Shown one piece after another: positions 38,624 through 50,339 of a stretch of 64,000 bases of DNA. Under the pieces are notes generated by a model, which saw only the letters and a list, made by a program, of their open reading frames with translations, was not told where the DNA came from and did no database searches. Made by a program: the position numbers and the translations under genes. This DNA comes from Hypanus sabinus (taxonomy: Eukaryota), in NCBI RefSeq assembly GCF_030144855.1, contig NC_082736.1, forward strand, positions 6,014,001 to 6,078,000, read 5' to 3'. Within the stretch, counting starts at the first letter, position 1. Every line of letters begins with the position of its first letter.

Positions 38624-39453
38624 ATGAATCCTAAAGCATTGGCTATAGTAAAATACCAGGCACATAAAAAGGGAACTGATGTAATAACAAAGGGAAATCA
38701 AGCTGCAGACGAGGCAGCCAGAAAAGCGTCTGGGTGTTCATCAGCTGTCATTGCCCACCAGGTAAGCCTAGCTCCAGAACCTGAGGTAAAGGACCTAATT
38801 CAAATATAAGGTAAGGCAACTTTGGCAGAACAGACAATGTGGAGAAAAAGGGGGGCCAAGCAGAGCCCGGAAGGCTTGTGAAGCACGGAAAACGGTTTGT
38901 TGGTAGCGCCCACCCCTCTACTGACGATTCTGATTTCAGAAGCGCATGGGATGGACCTTTGTGCAAGGGGGGAAGTGATAAAGAAAATAAAGAAGGATGG
39001 TTTTTGGTCACCTTATTTACAGGCTTCAGTGGACTTTGTCTTGTCACAGTGCGAGGTATGCGCACAGAATAATGTTCAAAAGGAAATTACAACCCCAATA
39101 GGTCACATTCCTGTACCTGAAGGACCATTTAAGCATCTAGTGATCGATTACGTAGACATGATAAAGACAGTGAGAGGGAAAAGATACATGCTGGTAGTAA
39201 TTGATTGATTTAGCAGATGGGTGGAGGCAGTACCTTCAAAAGATCAAGGGGCAAAGACAGTGATAACATTTCTGACAAATGAAGTGATCCCAAGGTTTGA
39301 AATACCTACAGGAGTTAGCTCAGACAATGGTTCAGTTTTATCCAGAAAGTGGTCAAACTGGTACTACAGGCGCTGAGGATAAAGCAAAGATTTGGATGTG
39401 TATACCACCCTCAGTCACAGGGCAAGGTAGAGAGAATTAATGGAACCCTGAAA
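38624..39453 (+). pseudogene. ERV pol remnant (RNase H C-terminus and integrase)
   Basis: AHKKG...GNQAADEAA; CEVC; PFKHLVIDYVDM; VVID*FSRWVEAVP; SDNG; YHPQSQGKVERINGTLK. Stops and frameshifts. Confidence 0.9.
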
Positions 39454-39918
39454 ACATTGCATTGGCTTTTGGCAGAAAAAGGGTGTGTGTGTGTAATGTT
39501 TGGAGAACAATGCTGCACTTTCATACTGAACAATACTAGCCCAGAAGGGTTTTTCACCAGAGCAATGAATAAATTAAAGAATCTGCAGACGGAGGTCAAA
39601 CAGAATGCAGGGTTCGGACGTCAGTTTTTTGATTGGTTAGAAAGTAGACTTGGAGGATGGGGAGCATGGCTGACTAAAATAGCAATAACTGTCAGTATTG
39701 TATTATTGAGCTGTGCGCTTGTGCTGTGCTGTTTTCTTCCTTGTATCAAGTCTCTTGTAGTGCGTGCTGCAACCAAACAATTTCCGATGCTTGTGGCAAT
39801 TACTGAAGCAAGCTTAGTGGAGAAAGAAACACCGAAAATGTATCGTTACAGCCCACAACACCTGCAGGATGAACAAGAGCAAAACGACAGTGTGGGAGTA
39901 GATTGTAAGGGCTTATGA
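39454..39918 (+). pseudogene. ERV env TM-subunit remnant (end of immunosuppressive domain, CX6CC, membrane anchor, cytoplasmic tail)
   Basis: LHWLLAEKGCV-CVMFGEQCC-TF; hydrophobic IAITVSIVLLSCALVLCCFLPCI. No SU, signal peptide or fusion peptide. Confidence 0.88.
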
Positions 39919-40125
39919 GTCTCTTTCCCTGTCTCAGGTACAGAGGGACATGTTTTTGGATCAGCGGCCCAGGGTAAAAGGGAGAAAATACTTTGAGGTC
40001 TTGGCGCAGAAAATTATAGTTTAACGCGAGATTTGGGAATAAGTGCTTGAGTTTATTGGGGCTTTTATGCGTGGACTCTTAGTCTTTTCTCTGTGTGAGA
40101 CCGTCTGGGTCTCAAAGGGGGGAAG

Positions 40126-40616
40126 TATTGGAATATAAAAATATTATGGAGCATAAAAGTTGTAGTCAGCTTGCTATGCATGTGACCAAAATGAAATCCT
40201 AGGAATGTAAAAGACAATGGTGTGTTAATGAGAGGCAGCTAAAGAGATGTAGATTAGAACATTGGTCAGTTCTGAGTTTGCTATTACTTTGCTCCGTTCT
40301 GAGTTTGCTATTTGCTATGCATGTACCCAATTTAGTAGGAGAATGAAATATTAAGAATGTAGAAGACAATGGAGTGTTAATGAGAGGCAGCTGAGAGCTG
40401 TAGATTAGAACATGATTAAGTCAATGGGACATACGTGTTGTACGTGTGAAACTGGAACAGGAGATTGATATAAAAAACGCTGTGTCCGGGGATCGGTGGG
40501 CAATCAGCGACTCGCTCAATGACTGTCTCAGCTTTGATTTGCAAATTAAAGTTTTACCCTTCTTGAAGAATCTTCTGCGTCTCTTGGTCATTTCTGGGGC
40601 ACGAGAAACCACGACA
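40126..40616 (+). repeat. ERV 3' LTR
   Basis: Follows the PPT; TATTGG...CACGACA; ATTAAA poly(A) signal at ~40545; lacks a ~27-bp segment present in the 5' LTR. Confidence 0.92.
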
Positions 40617-41726
40617 CTGACAGATACAGAATGAACCCCACGCACTCACACTGTACCAGAGAGCGACAGATACAGAATGAACCCCACACTCTCACACTGT
40701 AGCAAAGACTGTCAGATACAGATTGAACCCCACACTCTCACACTGTACCAGAGACTGACAGATACAGAATGAACCCCACAAGATCACACTGTACCATAGA
40801 CTGACAGGGACAGAATGAACCCCACACTCTCACACTGTAACAGAGACTGACAGATACAGAATGAACCCCACACTTTCACACTGGACCAGAGACTGACAGA
40901 TACAGAATGAACCCCACACTCTCACACTGTACCAGAGACTGACAGTTACAGAATCAACCCCACACTCTCACACTGTACCAGAGACTGACAGGTACAGAAT
41001 GAACTCCACACTCTCACACTGTACCACAGACAGACAGGGACAGAATGAACCCCACACTCTCACACTATACCAGAGACTGACAGGGACAGACATTTTGTTC
41101 TTTAATAAACCTGGAGAACCCACATCGCAACTCAGTACAGCACCACTTTGTCCCCTTTACACAGCAATGGACTGTCTTGAGATTCTTGCTCAAATTCTCT
41201 TCGTCTGTAATTCTGTACAGTATGTTTATATTTTGTGAATGTTGTGTCTCCGATATGACTACAAACTCGACTTTCAACCTCACGCAGAAATAGGTCTCTC
41301 ATGAGGACAATTTGACCTTCGATTGTTTCATATTATCAAGTGTGAGTTTTTCTCATTCCATCTGCTTTTCCAGCCGACACCACAGGTCGAATGGCCGAAT
41401 ACTGCGCCTGTACTTTATGGTCCATTTTGTATTTTAGATTTCCTTCCTGCCGAATGAACCGGCAGCGGCAACTCACCAGATCAGCGCCATTCCCAGTCCA
41501 CGGTGTTAGCCGAAACGACAATGGGTCGCGGAGAGAGTTCTGATTGGTTGAACGTGTTCTACAGCTATCCAATGAAATGAATAGACTGAAGAATCTTCTC
41601 TTCCAATAGCCATTGGGAATCCAAAGCATTCCCATCCTTCATTAACATACTGATCTGGGTGCTGCCTATTTAACTCGTGCTCACGGCTGATTCCGCTTAT
41701 TTCTGGGTCTGAAACGGTCAGAGGAG

Positions 41727-42101
41727 ATGCTTGAGCCAGGGAAATCCGCTCCGAAGAAGGGCGGCAGGAAAGCTTTGCCCAAAACAGCGAGCAAGGCAGG
41801 GAAGAAACGTAAGAGGCTGAGGAAGGAGAGTTACTCCATCTACATCTACAAAGTGATGAAGCAGGTTCACCCCGACACCGGCATCTCCTCCAAGGCCATG
41901 AGCATCATGAACTCGTTCGTCAGCGATATCTTCGAGCGCATCGGGGGCGAGGCTTCCCGCCTGGCCCACTACAACAAGCGGTCTACCATCAGCTCCCGGG
42001 AGATCCAGACCGCCGTGCGCCTGCTGCTGCCCGGGGAGCTGGCCAAGCACGCCGTGTCCGAAGGGACAAAGGCGGTGACCAAGTACACCAGCTCCAAGTA
42101 A
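41727..42101 (+). CDS. H2B: Histone H2B (divergent copy)
   Basis: 124 aa, [15 protein letters not shown]...AVTKYTSSK; intact ORF; promoter with CCAAT, ATTAACAT 41641 and TATTTAA 41667. Confidence 0.95.
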   Translation: MLEPGKSAPKKGGRKALPKTASKAGKKRKRLRKESYSIYIYKVMKQVHPDTGISSKAMSIMNSFVSDIFERIGGEASRLAHYNKRSTISSREIQTAVRLLLPGELAKHAVSEGTKAVTKYTSSK

Positions 42102-42132
42102 AGCTCCCCAGTGAGGTGATCGAAAACACAAC

Positions 42133-42148
42133 GGCTCTTTTAAGAGTC
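42133..42148 (+). terminator. Histone mRNA 3' stem-loop (H2B copy 2), G.U at second pair
   Basis: GGCTCT-TTTA-AGAGTC; HDE gaaagagtt downstream. Confidence 0.85.
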
Positions 42149-43113
42149 ACTTACAATTTCAATGAAAGAGTTGTACTAGCTTTCCGGTAATAAATTACAC
42201 ATACTTTATGTCTGGTGACTTTTTACAAGAGCTAAATCGCGGTTGGAACAATATTCTACTGAACTGAAAAGAAATTGTAACCGCCCCCCCCCCCCCCCCA
42301 CTTCCCAATCAGTCCGTCCCACCATGCCAAGCGGAGGATTGCTGCCGTTGTTGTTTTATTTGTGGCTTCAGGAATTTATTGGTTCCAGTTGGGTAACTCC
42401 TGAATCTCATTTCAACTCGAGCCTGAAAGACCCCATGGCTCTTTCAAATGGAGAAGCCTCGATAATGCTTCTGTTTATAGATGCTGCCTGGCCTGCTGGG
42501 TTCCACCAGCATTTTGTGTGTGTTTGTGAATTTCCAGCATCTGCAGATTTCCTCGTGATGGCTCTTTCATATAATAGCTTTACAAAATTGCAGACAAGAC
42601 GCCGGTCAAAGAGAAGAACCGTTTTCCATAACCTGGTAACGTTCACACAGTGACCGACCGCGGGCAGACGCTGAGGGTCAGTTTTATTCGGTTCCGTTAC
42701 GGGTTGAAAGAAATTAGAGAATTGAGTTCCCAGACACTCCAATATCAACTACACTTAAATCAAATATGCCCGGTTTCAGTAACAGAGGGAAATGCGAAGA
42801 CCCAATCTTAAAACTGATCTGCGATTATTTAACTTGAAAATACATTTGAACAATAGATTTCTTTTTTGGTGGGCTTTTTTCAAGATTTCAGTGCACTTTC
42901 GGGAGGAGACTGTTATTTTCCGCGATTCTACCTTTACGGACCGCTGATTGGTGATTAAGGCAGTTCATCGATTGGAGTATTTCTCTTCACCAATGAGAAT
43001 AAGCAGGATCACACCAATCACAAACATCAGTTTGAATTCTCAAAGAATGTATAAAAAAGGGCGAGTTGGGGCGTTGTAAACATTCCTTCATTCTCGGTGG
43101 AAGAATATCGTGA

Positions 43114-43503
<390 letters not shown>

Positions 43504-43533
43504 AGCGACGTAAGCTGAATCTATTTACCCAAA

Positions 43534-43549
43534 GGCTCTTTTCAGAGCC
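43534..43549 (+). terminator. Histone mRNA 3' stem-loop (H2A)
   Basis: GGCTCT-TTTC-AGAGCC followed by ACTCA. Confidence 0.96.
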
Positions 43550-43984
43550 ACTCACAATGTCTGTGGAAGGGCTGAGCGGCGGGTCCTTTCCGTCCGTTTG
43601 ATATCCTGCATCTGTCAGTGTCTCGACATGTTTCTTCCGCGAAAGAAACCGATATAAATCTGCACAGAAACCGGTTCGTTTCAGTCCCGGCTCGTTTTCC
43701 CCTCTCAGCCGACGGAATGTAGCTCTCTCCCCTTGCAGAGAATCAGCGGGTTCACTCGGCGTAGGGTGGTGAAATGAACTTCCGGAGTCAGCCCCGGGAG
43801 AGAGAATTTAATCTCCGATCACTGAACGACTCCGCTCTTCATCACCTCGAACCGCGTTGTCTGGGTTCCACATTGCGGGTTGACCCCGGACCGTTCCGGC
43901 GTGCAGAAGGCGGGAACATCGCCTGTTCGTTGCTTCATGAGCGATTCCCATCGCCTCACAGAAAAATAACATTTGCGTTTTACA

Positions 43985-44475
43985 TTTCAGAATCAAGTTT
44001 ATTATCACCGGCATGTGACGTGAAATTTGTTAACTTAGCAGCAGCAGTTCAATGTCATACATAACCTGGAAGACAAAGTTATAAAATAATAAATAAAATA
44101 AAATAAAACATAATAAATAAACAAGTAAATCAGTTACGTTTATTGACTGTTATTTTGAAAAATGTAAAATCGGACATACTGTATATTAAAAAGTGAGGTA
44201 GTGTCCATAGTTTTAATGTCCATTTAGGAATCGGATGACAGAGGGGAAGAAGCTGTTCCTGAATCGCTGAGTGTGCCTGCAGGCTTCTGTATCCTACCTG
44301 ACGGTAACAGTGAGAAAAGGGCATGCCCTGGGTGTTGGAAGTGTTTAATAATGGACGCTGCCTTTATGAGCACCGCTCCCGAAAGATGTCCTGGGTACTA
44401 TCAGCAGCTTCTTTCGGTGCTGTGCCATAGCCCCTCCACACCAGACAGATGCCGCCTGACAGAATGCTCATCGTG
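43985..44475 (-). mobile_element. Rex1-like LINE 3' fragment
   Basis: Same 3' end family as 830-1010 (cagaatcaagtttattatcaccggc...ttagcagcagcagttcaatg). Confidence 0.65.
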
Positions 44476-44919
44476 GTCCAGCTTTCAGGTCTCTGACTGT
44501 CTACAAAGGTACGTTTACCCTGTGGAACCGTCCATATTTACTGAAAAAAACACGTCCACACAGTCCTCAGAATATAAATGAACATCTTGCGAAAGAGACC
44601 CTACTGACTGTCTTCATGCCAAGGAAACCCATCAATTGATCACCTTCTGACTAAAGAAATTACTCATTTCTATTCTAGAGGGGCATCTTTGTATTGACGG
44701 TGTGGTCTGGTTCTAGATTCTTCTATTATAGGAAACATCCTCTCATATCAAGGCCTTTCAAATTCAATGTGTTTCTATATGATTCTCCCTCATTCTTCTA
44801 GATTCCAGTGAGTACAGGCCCAGATCATCAAACATCCCAGTACTCTTCTAACATATGCAGTGATATGTAAGCCCCTGAGTCTAAGGGAGTCCCAGTCAAA
44901 ACTGGGGAAATTAGTCACC

Positions 44920-45935
44920 CTCTACAATGCAAAGAATGCCACATCTGCTCTCAGAATGAGGCTTTTCATTCCAGGATGAAGATTTCTTCCTGTTTTAAAC
45001 AAAGGGACTTCCCTTCTTCCACCATCAACTCTGCTCTCCAAAGCATCTCTCACATTTTCCACACTTCTGCCCCCTCCCCATCCGCCCGCCAGCCCACTCG
45101 GGATAGGGTTCCCCTTGCCCTCACCTACCACCCCACCAGCTCCAACATATAATTCTCCGTAACTTCTGCCACCTCCAAAGTGATCCCACTACCAAGCACA
45201 TCTTTCCCTACCCCCGTCTTTTTGCTTTCTGCAGTGATCGCTGACTACGCGACTCCCTTGTCCACTAGTCCCCCCATCCCTTCCCACTGATCTCCCTCCT
45301 GGCACTTATCCTTGTAAGCAGAACAAATGCTACACCTGCCCTTACACTTCCTCCCTCACCACCATTCAGGGCCCCAGACAGTCCTTCCAGGTGAGGCAAC
45401 ACTTCACCTGTGAGTCGGCTGGTGTGGTATACTGCGTCCGGTGCTCCCAGTGTGGCCTTTTCTATATTGGTGAGACCCGACACAGACTGGGAGAACGTTT
45501 CGTTGAACACCTACGCTTGGTCCATCAGAGAAAGCAGGATCTCCCAGTGGCCACACATTTTCATTCCACGTCCCATTCCCATTCTGATATGTCTATCCAT
45601 GGCCTCCTCTGCTGTCAAGATGAAGCCACACTCAGGTTGGAGGAACAACACCTTATTTACCGGCTGGGTAGCCTCCAACCTGATGGTATAAACATTGACT
45701 TCTCTAACTTCAATTAATGCCCCTCCTCCCCTTCTTACCCCATCTCCGACATACTTAGTTGTTTGCCTTTTTCCATCTCCCTCTGGTGCTTACCCCCTCG
45801 TCCTTTCTTTCTCCTGAAGCCTCCCGTCCCAGGATCCTTTCCCTTTTCCAGCTCTGTATCATATTCGCCAATCACCTTTCCAGCTCTTAGCTTCATCCCA
45901 ACCCCTCCGGTCTTCTCCTATCATTTCACATTTCC
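44920..45935 (+). mobile_element. Penelope-like element fragment with GIY-YIG endonuclease (Neptune-like, Cys knuckle upstream)
   Basis: YPCKQNKCYTCPY, then FTCESAGVVYCVRCSQCGLFYIGET...EEQHLIYRLGSLQPDGINIDF (ORF 45391..45717). Confidence 0.88.
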
Positions 45936-45946
45936 CCCAGAAGGTA

Positions 45947-47488
45947 GTGGCTCACAAGCTGGTGCAGGACGGAGGGTTTTAGTTACATGGATCATTGGGC
46001 TCTCTTTCAGGACAGCTGATGGGAGGAGTGAAAGGTCAGTAGTGGCATTGATGGATGTGGATTAACACAGAAAGTAAGTCCAAATGGGAAATTACACTAT
46101 CTCAGTATCACTACAAGTGCACAGATAAACAAATATTAGAAGTAAGAGAAAGAATAAAAAGTAAGTTACCTCCAACAGTCTAACATGGGGGGTGTCATCA
46201 CCTCCCCGGCTACAGGTTGACTCATTACAGAGCCTAATGGCCCAGTGTAAGGATGACTTCATACAGCGCTCCTCCGAGCAGCACAGTTGTCTCAGTCTGT
46301 TACTGAAGATGCTCCTCTGTTCAGCCAAGGAGGCATGCAGAGGGTGAGAAACATTGTCCAGAATTGTCAGGATTTTCCGTAGGGTCCTTTGTTCAACCAC
46401 GGCCTCCAGTGTGTCCAGTTTGACTCCTATAACAGAGCCAGACTTTCTAATCAGTTTATTCTCAGATGGCATCACCCGTGTTGATGCCATTTGCCCAGTA
46501 CACCACTGCATAGTTAATGAGCACAGTGGCACCGAGGGGCTGAAGTGTGTTTGTATCAGTGCCGGGTGTGGAACAGTTAATGCAGACGTACTTAGAGCCT
46601 GGATTAGTACATGGCACAGTGATTCATCCATTACAGAGAAGGACAGGAGTGGCAGCAAAACATTCCAGGATTCAGATTCAGACAGTCCAGAGGGAGGTGA
46701 ATGAGGCTGGGGAGCTGTACTGCTGATCAGGCAGAATGTCACAAATTCAAGGTCATCCAGTGAGACAATGTGGGTGGACCTCAGGAATGAGAAAGGTGCA
46801 ATCACTGTGATGGGATTATACTGTTGGCCTCTCAATAGCCAGTGAGAGAGAGGAACAGATATGTCAGCAGGTTATGGGCTGATGTAAAAACAACAAAGTA
46901 GCTTTGCTGAGTGAATAATCTCCCCAGAGTGACTGGGACTCCCTTACCACCTGAGGCTTGGATGGGGCGTTATTTGTTAAATGTGTTCAGCAAGGTTTCC
47001 TGAAACAGTATTTGGATTGTCCACCAGGGAGGGAGACATTCTTGACTTCACCTTGGGAAATATGGGACTCACCAGAGTGGTGGCGGGAACAACCAGTGTT
47101 CAAACAGGAATTAGATAGGTCATTCAGTGGAAATAACCAGCAGAGCTGTGGGGACAGAGTGGGGAATGGGACTGTGGAAATGTTGTAGCAGGAGTTGGTA
47201 TAAACTTGATGGGTCAGAGTCTAGATAATCCCAGAAGGATCCTGTGACTAATAATAGTCTGAAAAAATCATTCTGGTCTCCAGTGAATTTTCCAAGCTCC
47301 AGGGTGGACAAGATCAATTGTATAATAAGGACACACTTCTGTAAAAACACTGACACTGTATTCCAAGCACACTGAGCTGCCAGAGCACAGCACCGGCCAG
47401 TGAGGACACAGACCAGTACAACACCCGGCTCTCGACTACAACGTTCAAAGCTGAAAGTAAATGTAATATCAAAATACATTTCTGTCAC
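45947..47488 (-). repeat. Inverted copy of block A1 (11133-12629)
   Basis: Reverse-complement match throughout. Confidence 0.92.
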
Positions 47489-47869
47489 CATAAGAAAACC
47501 TGAGATTATTTTTCTTGTGGGCATACTGCTGGTTTGTTAGAGCAGTTTGGGAGGGTTTAAACTAATTTGGTAGGGGCGTGGGATCTGGAGTGAAATGACT
47601 CAAGCAGGGACAGATGGTAAAACTGCAAAGGTAGCATGCAGCCACACTGTCAGGAAGGGCAGACAGATGATAACTGCAGCCAGCAGGGTGAGTATCAGTG
47701 CATGAGGGATGCAGACTCAGTAAGGGTAGCAAATGTGTTTTTTTCTCAATGCACAGAGTATAAGAAATAAGGCGGATAATCTTATTGCCCTATTATGGAT
47801 TGTCATGTATTATGTGACCATCACTGAATCACAGCTGAAGAATATTTGTAGTTGGGAGCTAGATGCCCA

Positions 47870-48235
47870 AGTTTTCCTTTCCAATATTTTTATTAGTTTC
47901 TATATAGAAGAATACAGAGTATAAGAAAGTGTATATAAAAGGTCAAAAAGGATTTTTAAAAAACTAAATACATCTGTCCATAACAACAATCTCATTACCC
48001 CGTATTCATGTGTTAATCAATATTTATATTGAAATATACTAATTTATTACAAAAAGAAAGAATCTAACCCCTACCAGGACCAAAGCTGTTCATTAAGGAA
48101 TAAAGGTGGTAAAATAACTTCTCATATAATAAAAATTAATAATAGCCAACATCTGAGTTTAAACAACGAATTGAAGGTTTTGAAAATAATTCAGAAAAGA
48201 TCCCCACAATGTTTGAAAGTCTTGACGAGATTTTG
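47870..48235 (-). mobile_element. L1-clade LINE 3' end
   Basis: AT-rich L1-type 3' UTR and last codons (SRQDFQTLWGSFLNYFQNL). Confidence 0.55.
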
Positions 48236-48479
48236 GCTTTCTTTGTTTTATGGCAGCCTCTCTGAAACAAATTTCAAAGTTGTAGAATGTATACATACTT
48301 TGATAATAAATCTCCTTTGAATTTTGGTTAAAAATCATGATGGTTGAAGGATAAAATAAGGACAAAAATTTAACAAAACTCAAAACTGATGCTCTTTTAA
48401 TTACAGGCCAGGACACAGAAGAGTAGAAACTGACAAATATTCTTCCCCTTTTTAAAACTGCAATAGGGACCTGCTGAAT

Positions 48480-48730
48480 CTTGCATTTATAGGCATCAGT
48501 TAGTCTTGTGAGACCATTGATTTGCGCCTTGAAAGGTTTTTCCAGGACACAGACCTGGGCAGGGTTGCATGGGAGACCGGCAGTTGCCCAAGCTGCAAGC
48601 CTTCCCCTCTCCACACCATCGATGTTCCAAGGGAAGGGCACTAGGACCCAAGCAGCTTGGCACCGGTGTCGTCGCAGAGCAATGTGTTGTTAAGTGCTTT
48701 GCTCAAGGACACAACGCGCTGCCTCAGTTA
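48480..48730 (-). mobile_element. SINE fragment
   Basis: Reverse complement carries GTGTCCTTGAGCAAAGCACTTAAC, a motif shared by many fish SINEs; family not determined. Confidence 0.45.
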
Positions 48731-50339
48731 GGAGGCCTGTAGCACAGGCCATTTGGGAGGCCTGGAGCACAACTCCATCAGTGAATGCACCTCTCTTATC
48801 CTGAGCTCTATCCACACCGTCTCACTGGATGAAGCCTCCAGTGTGTTCTCTCTTAGTCCCTCACCCACAATTCCATGTAAAGGCTGATCTGCCATCAGCC
48901 TCCTCTTGTATGTCGATCCCACTTCCCTGATTTTATAAACAGTTATCTTGCTTCTCTTTAAATCTTTTTGGTCATCCAGCATCTCCATTCCCCTCAGTTA
49001 GGGGATTCTAGTACTTGTTACACAGTGTTTTGTTGTTGGTAGAGTGGGCAGTAAAGATTCTTTGAGAATACAACAGGATCGAGATCACCTGGGGAAGTCG
49101 GCCAAAGAATGGCAGATGGAAGTTGATGTGGACAAGGGTGAGCTCCTGCATTTTGAGAAGTCCAACCAGGGAAGAACCTGCACAGTTAATTCTTGTACCT
49201 TGGTAAGTATTGCAGAGAGAGTGTCCATGGAATACAGGAACATTATTCACTGAAAGTGAGAACACAGGTAGTCAGGATGGTGAAGACCATGTTTGGCCTA
49301 TTTGTCTTCATTGGTCAGGGAACTGAGTTACAGGATTTGGGATGCTAAGTCAAAATGGTCGGTCATTAGTTAGTGTAATGGGCCGGAGAGATTTAGGGGT
49401 AAATCTCTCCCACACAGTTCATTGAAAGTGGTGTCACTGGTAGACAGGGTGATGAAGAACGGGGTTTAACATGCTGATCTTCATTAGTCAGGGGACTGAG
49501 TATATCAGTTGCGATATTATGTTACAGTTGTGTAAGTGACTGGAGGCCACACTTGTATTGTGTACAGCTCTTGTCACCGTTTTCGGAAAGGTGGTTAAAC
49601 TGGGGAGAGTGTAGAAACGATTTCCAAGGATGTTTCCCGGACCTGAGGTTCTCAGTTACACAGAGAGGTTGGTCAGACAGTGTCCGTTGTCCTTTATTCC
49701 TTGGAACCAGAATCATTTATCACCGTGTTATATGACAAGGAATCTGTCATTTTATTTTGACGGCAGAACAATGCGATGAAGGTGCAGATGTGAACATTGG
49801 GTCAGCAGAACGCCAAGAGATTCTGGGAATCGCGAACAACGCGGACAAAATGCTGGAGGAACCCAGCAAGTCAGGCAGCATCTCCCACCAGAGTCCTGAG
49901 GAAGGGTCTCAGCCCGAAAAGTCGGCTGTTTATTCCCACCATTGATGCTGCCTGAGTTGCTGATTTCCGTCAGCATTGAGTGTGTATTGTGTCAGAGAGA
50001 GTGAGTTAAAGGAGCGGGCGGCTTAGACCAGTGTCACTGTGTTTGTGAGTCCTAACACATCGTAGGATTTCTCAGCGCCTCCTGTAGAAAATGAAAAGAT
50101 TTTTCTGTTACGGAAACGCCCCACTCCCCAGCTCAGTCCCGAAGAGGGAATTAACCGCGAAGTTTTAATTCGATTAAATATTTCAGCCATAAAACAGAGA
50201 ACAGGTCAACGATCGGGAGAGAGAACGCGGGCAATGCAGTAATGAAACGGGTTAAAAAAGAAAGCGCTGCCTTTAATCCCGATTAAACTTTCTTTCCAGC
50301 GAACATTCCGGCCTCAGGGACGGACAGGGACTAGTCCGA

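Larger units (their letters stand above)
37326..40616 (+). mobile_element. Internally deleted class I (epsilon/gamma-like) endogenous retrovirus
   Basis: Two ~0.5-kb LTRs, 4-bp TSD CTGA (37322-37325 and 40617-40620), PBS, PPT aaaggggggaag 40114-40125, RNase H end, integrase and Env-TM remnants. Confidence 0.95.
36954..41090 (+). repeat. 46-bp minisatellite split by an ERV (about 8 units left, about 10 right)
   Basis: Unit AGAGACTGACAG(A/G)TACAGAATGAACCCCACACTCTCACACTGTACC at 36954-37325 and 40617-41090. Confidence 0.95.

Noticed and set aside
36954-41090. Regular repeat array flanking an integrase, superficially CRISPR-like
   Set aside because: Units are contiguous 46-mers without unique spacers; the context is eukaryotic and the integrase is retroviral.
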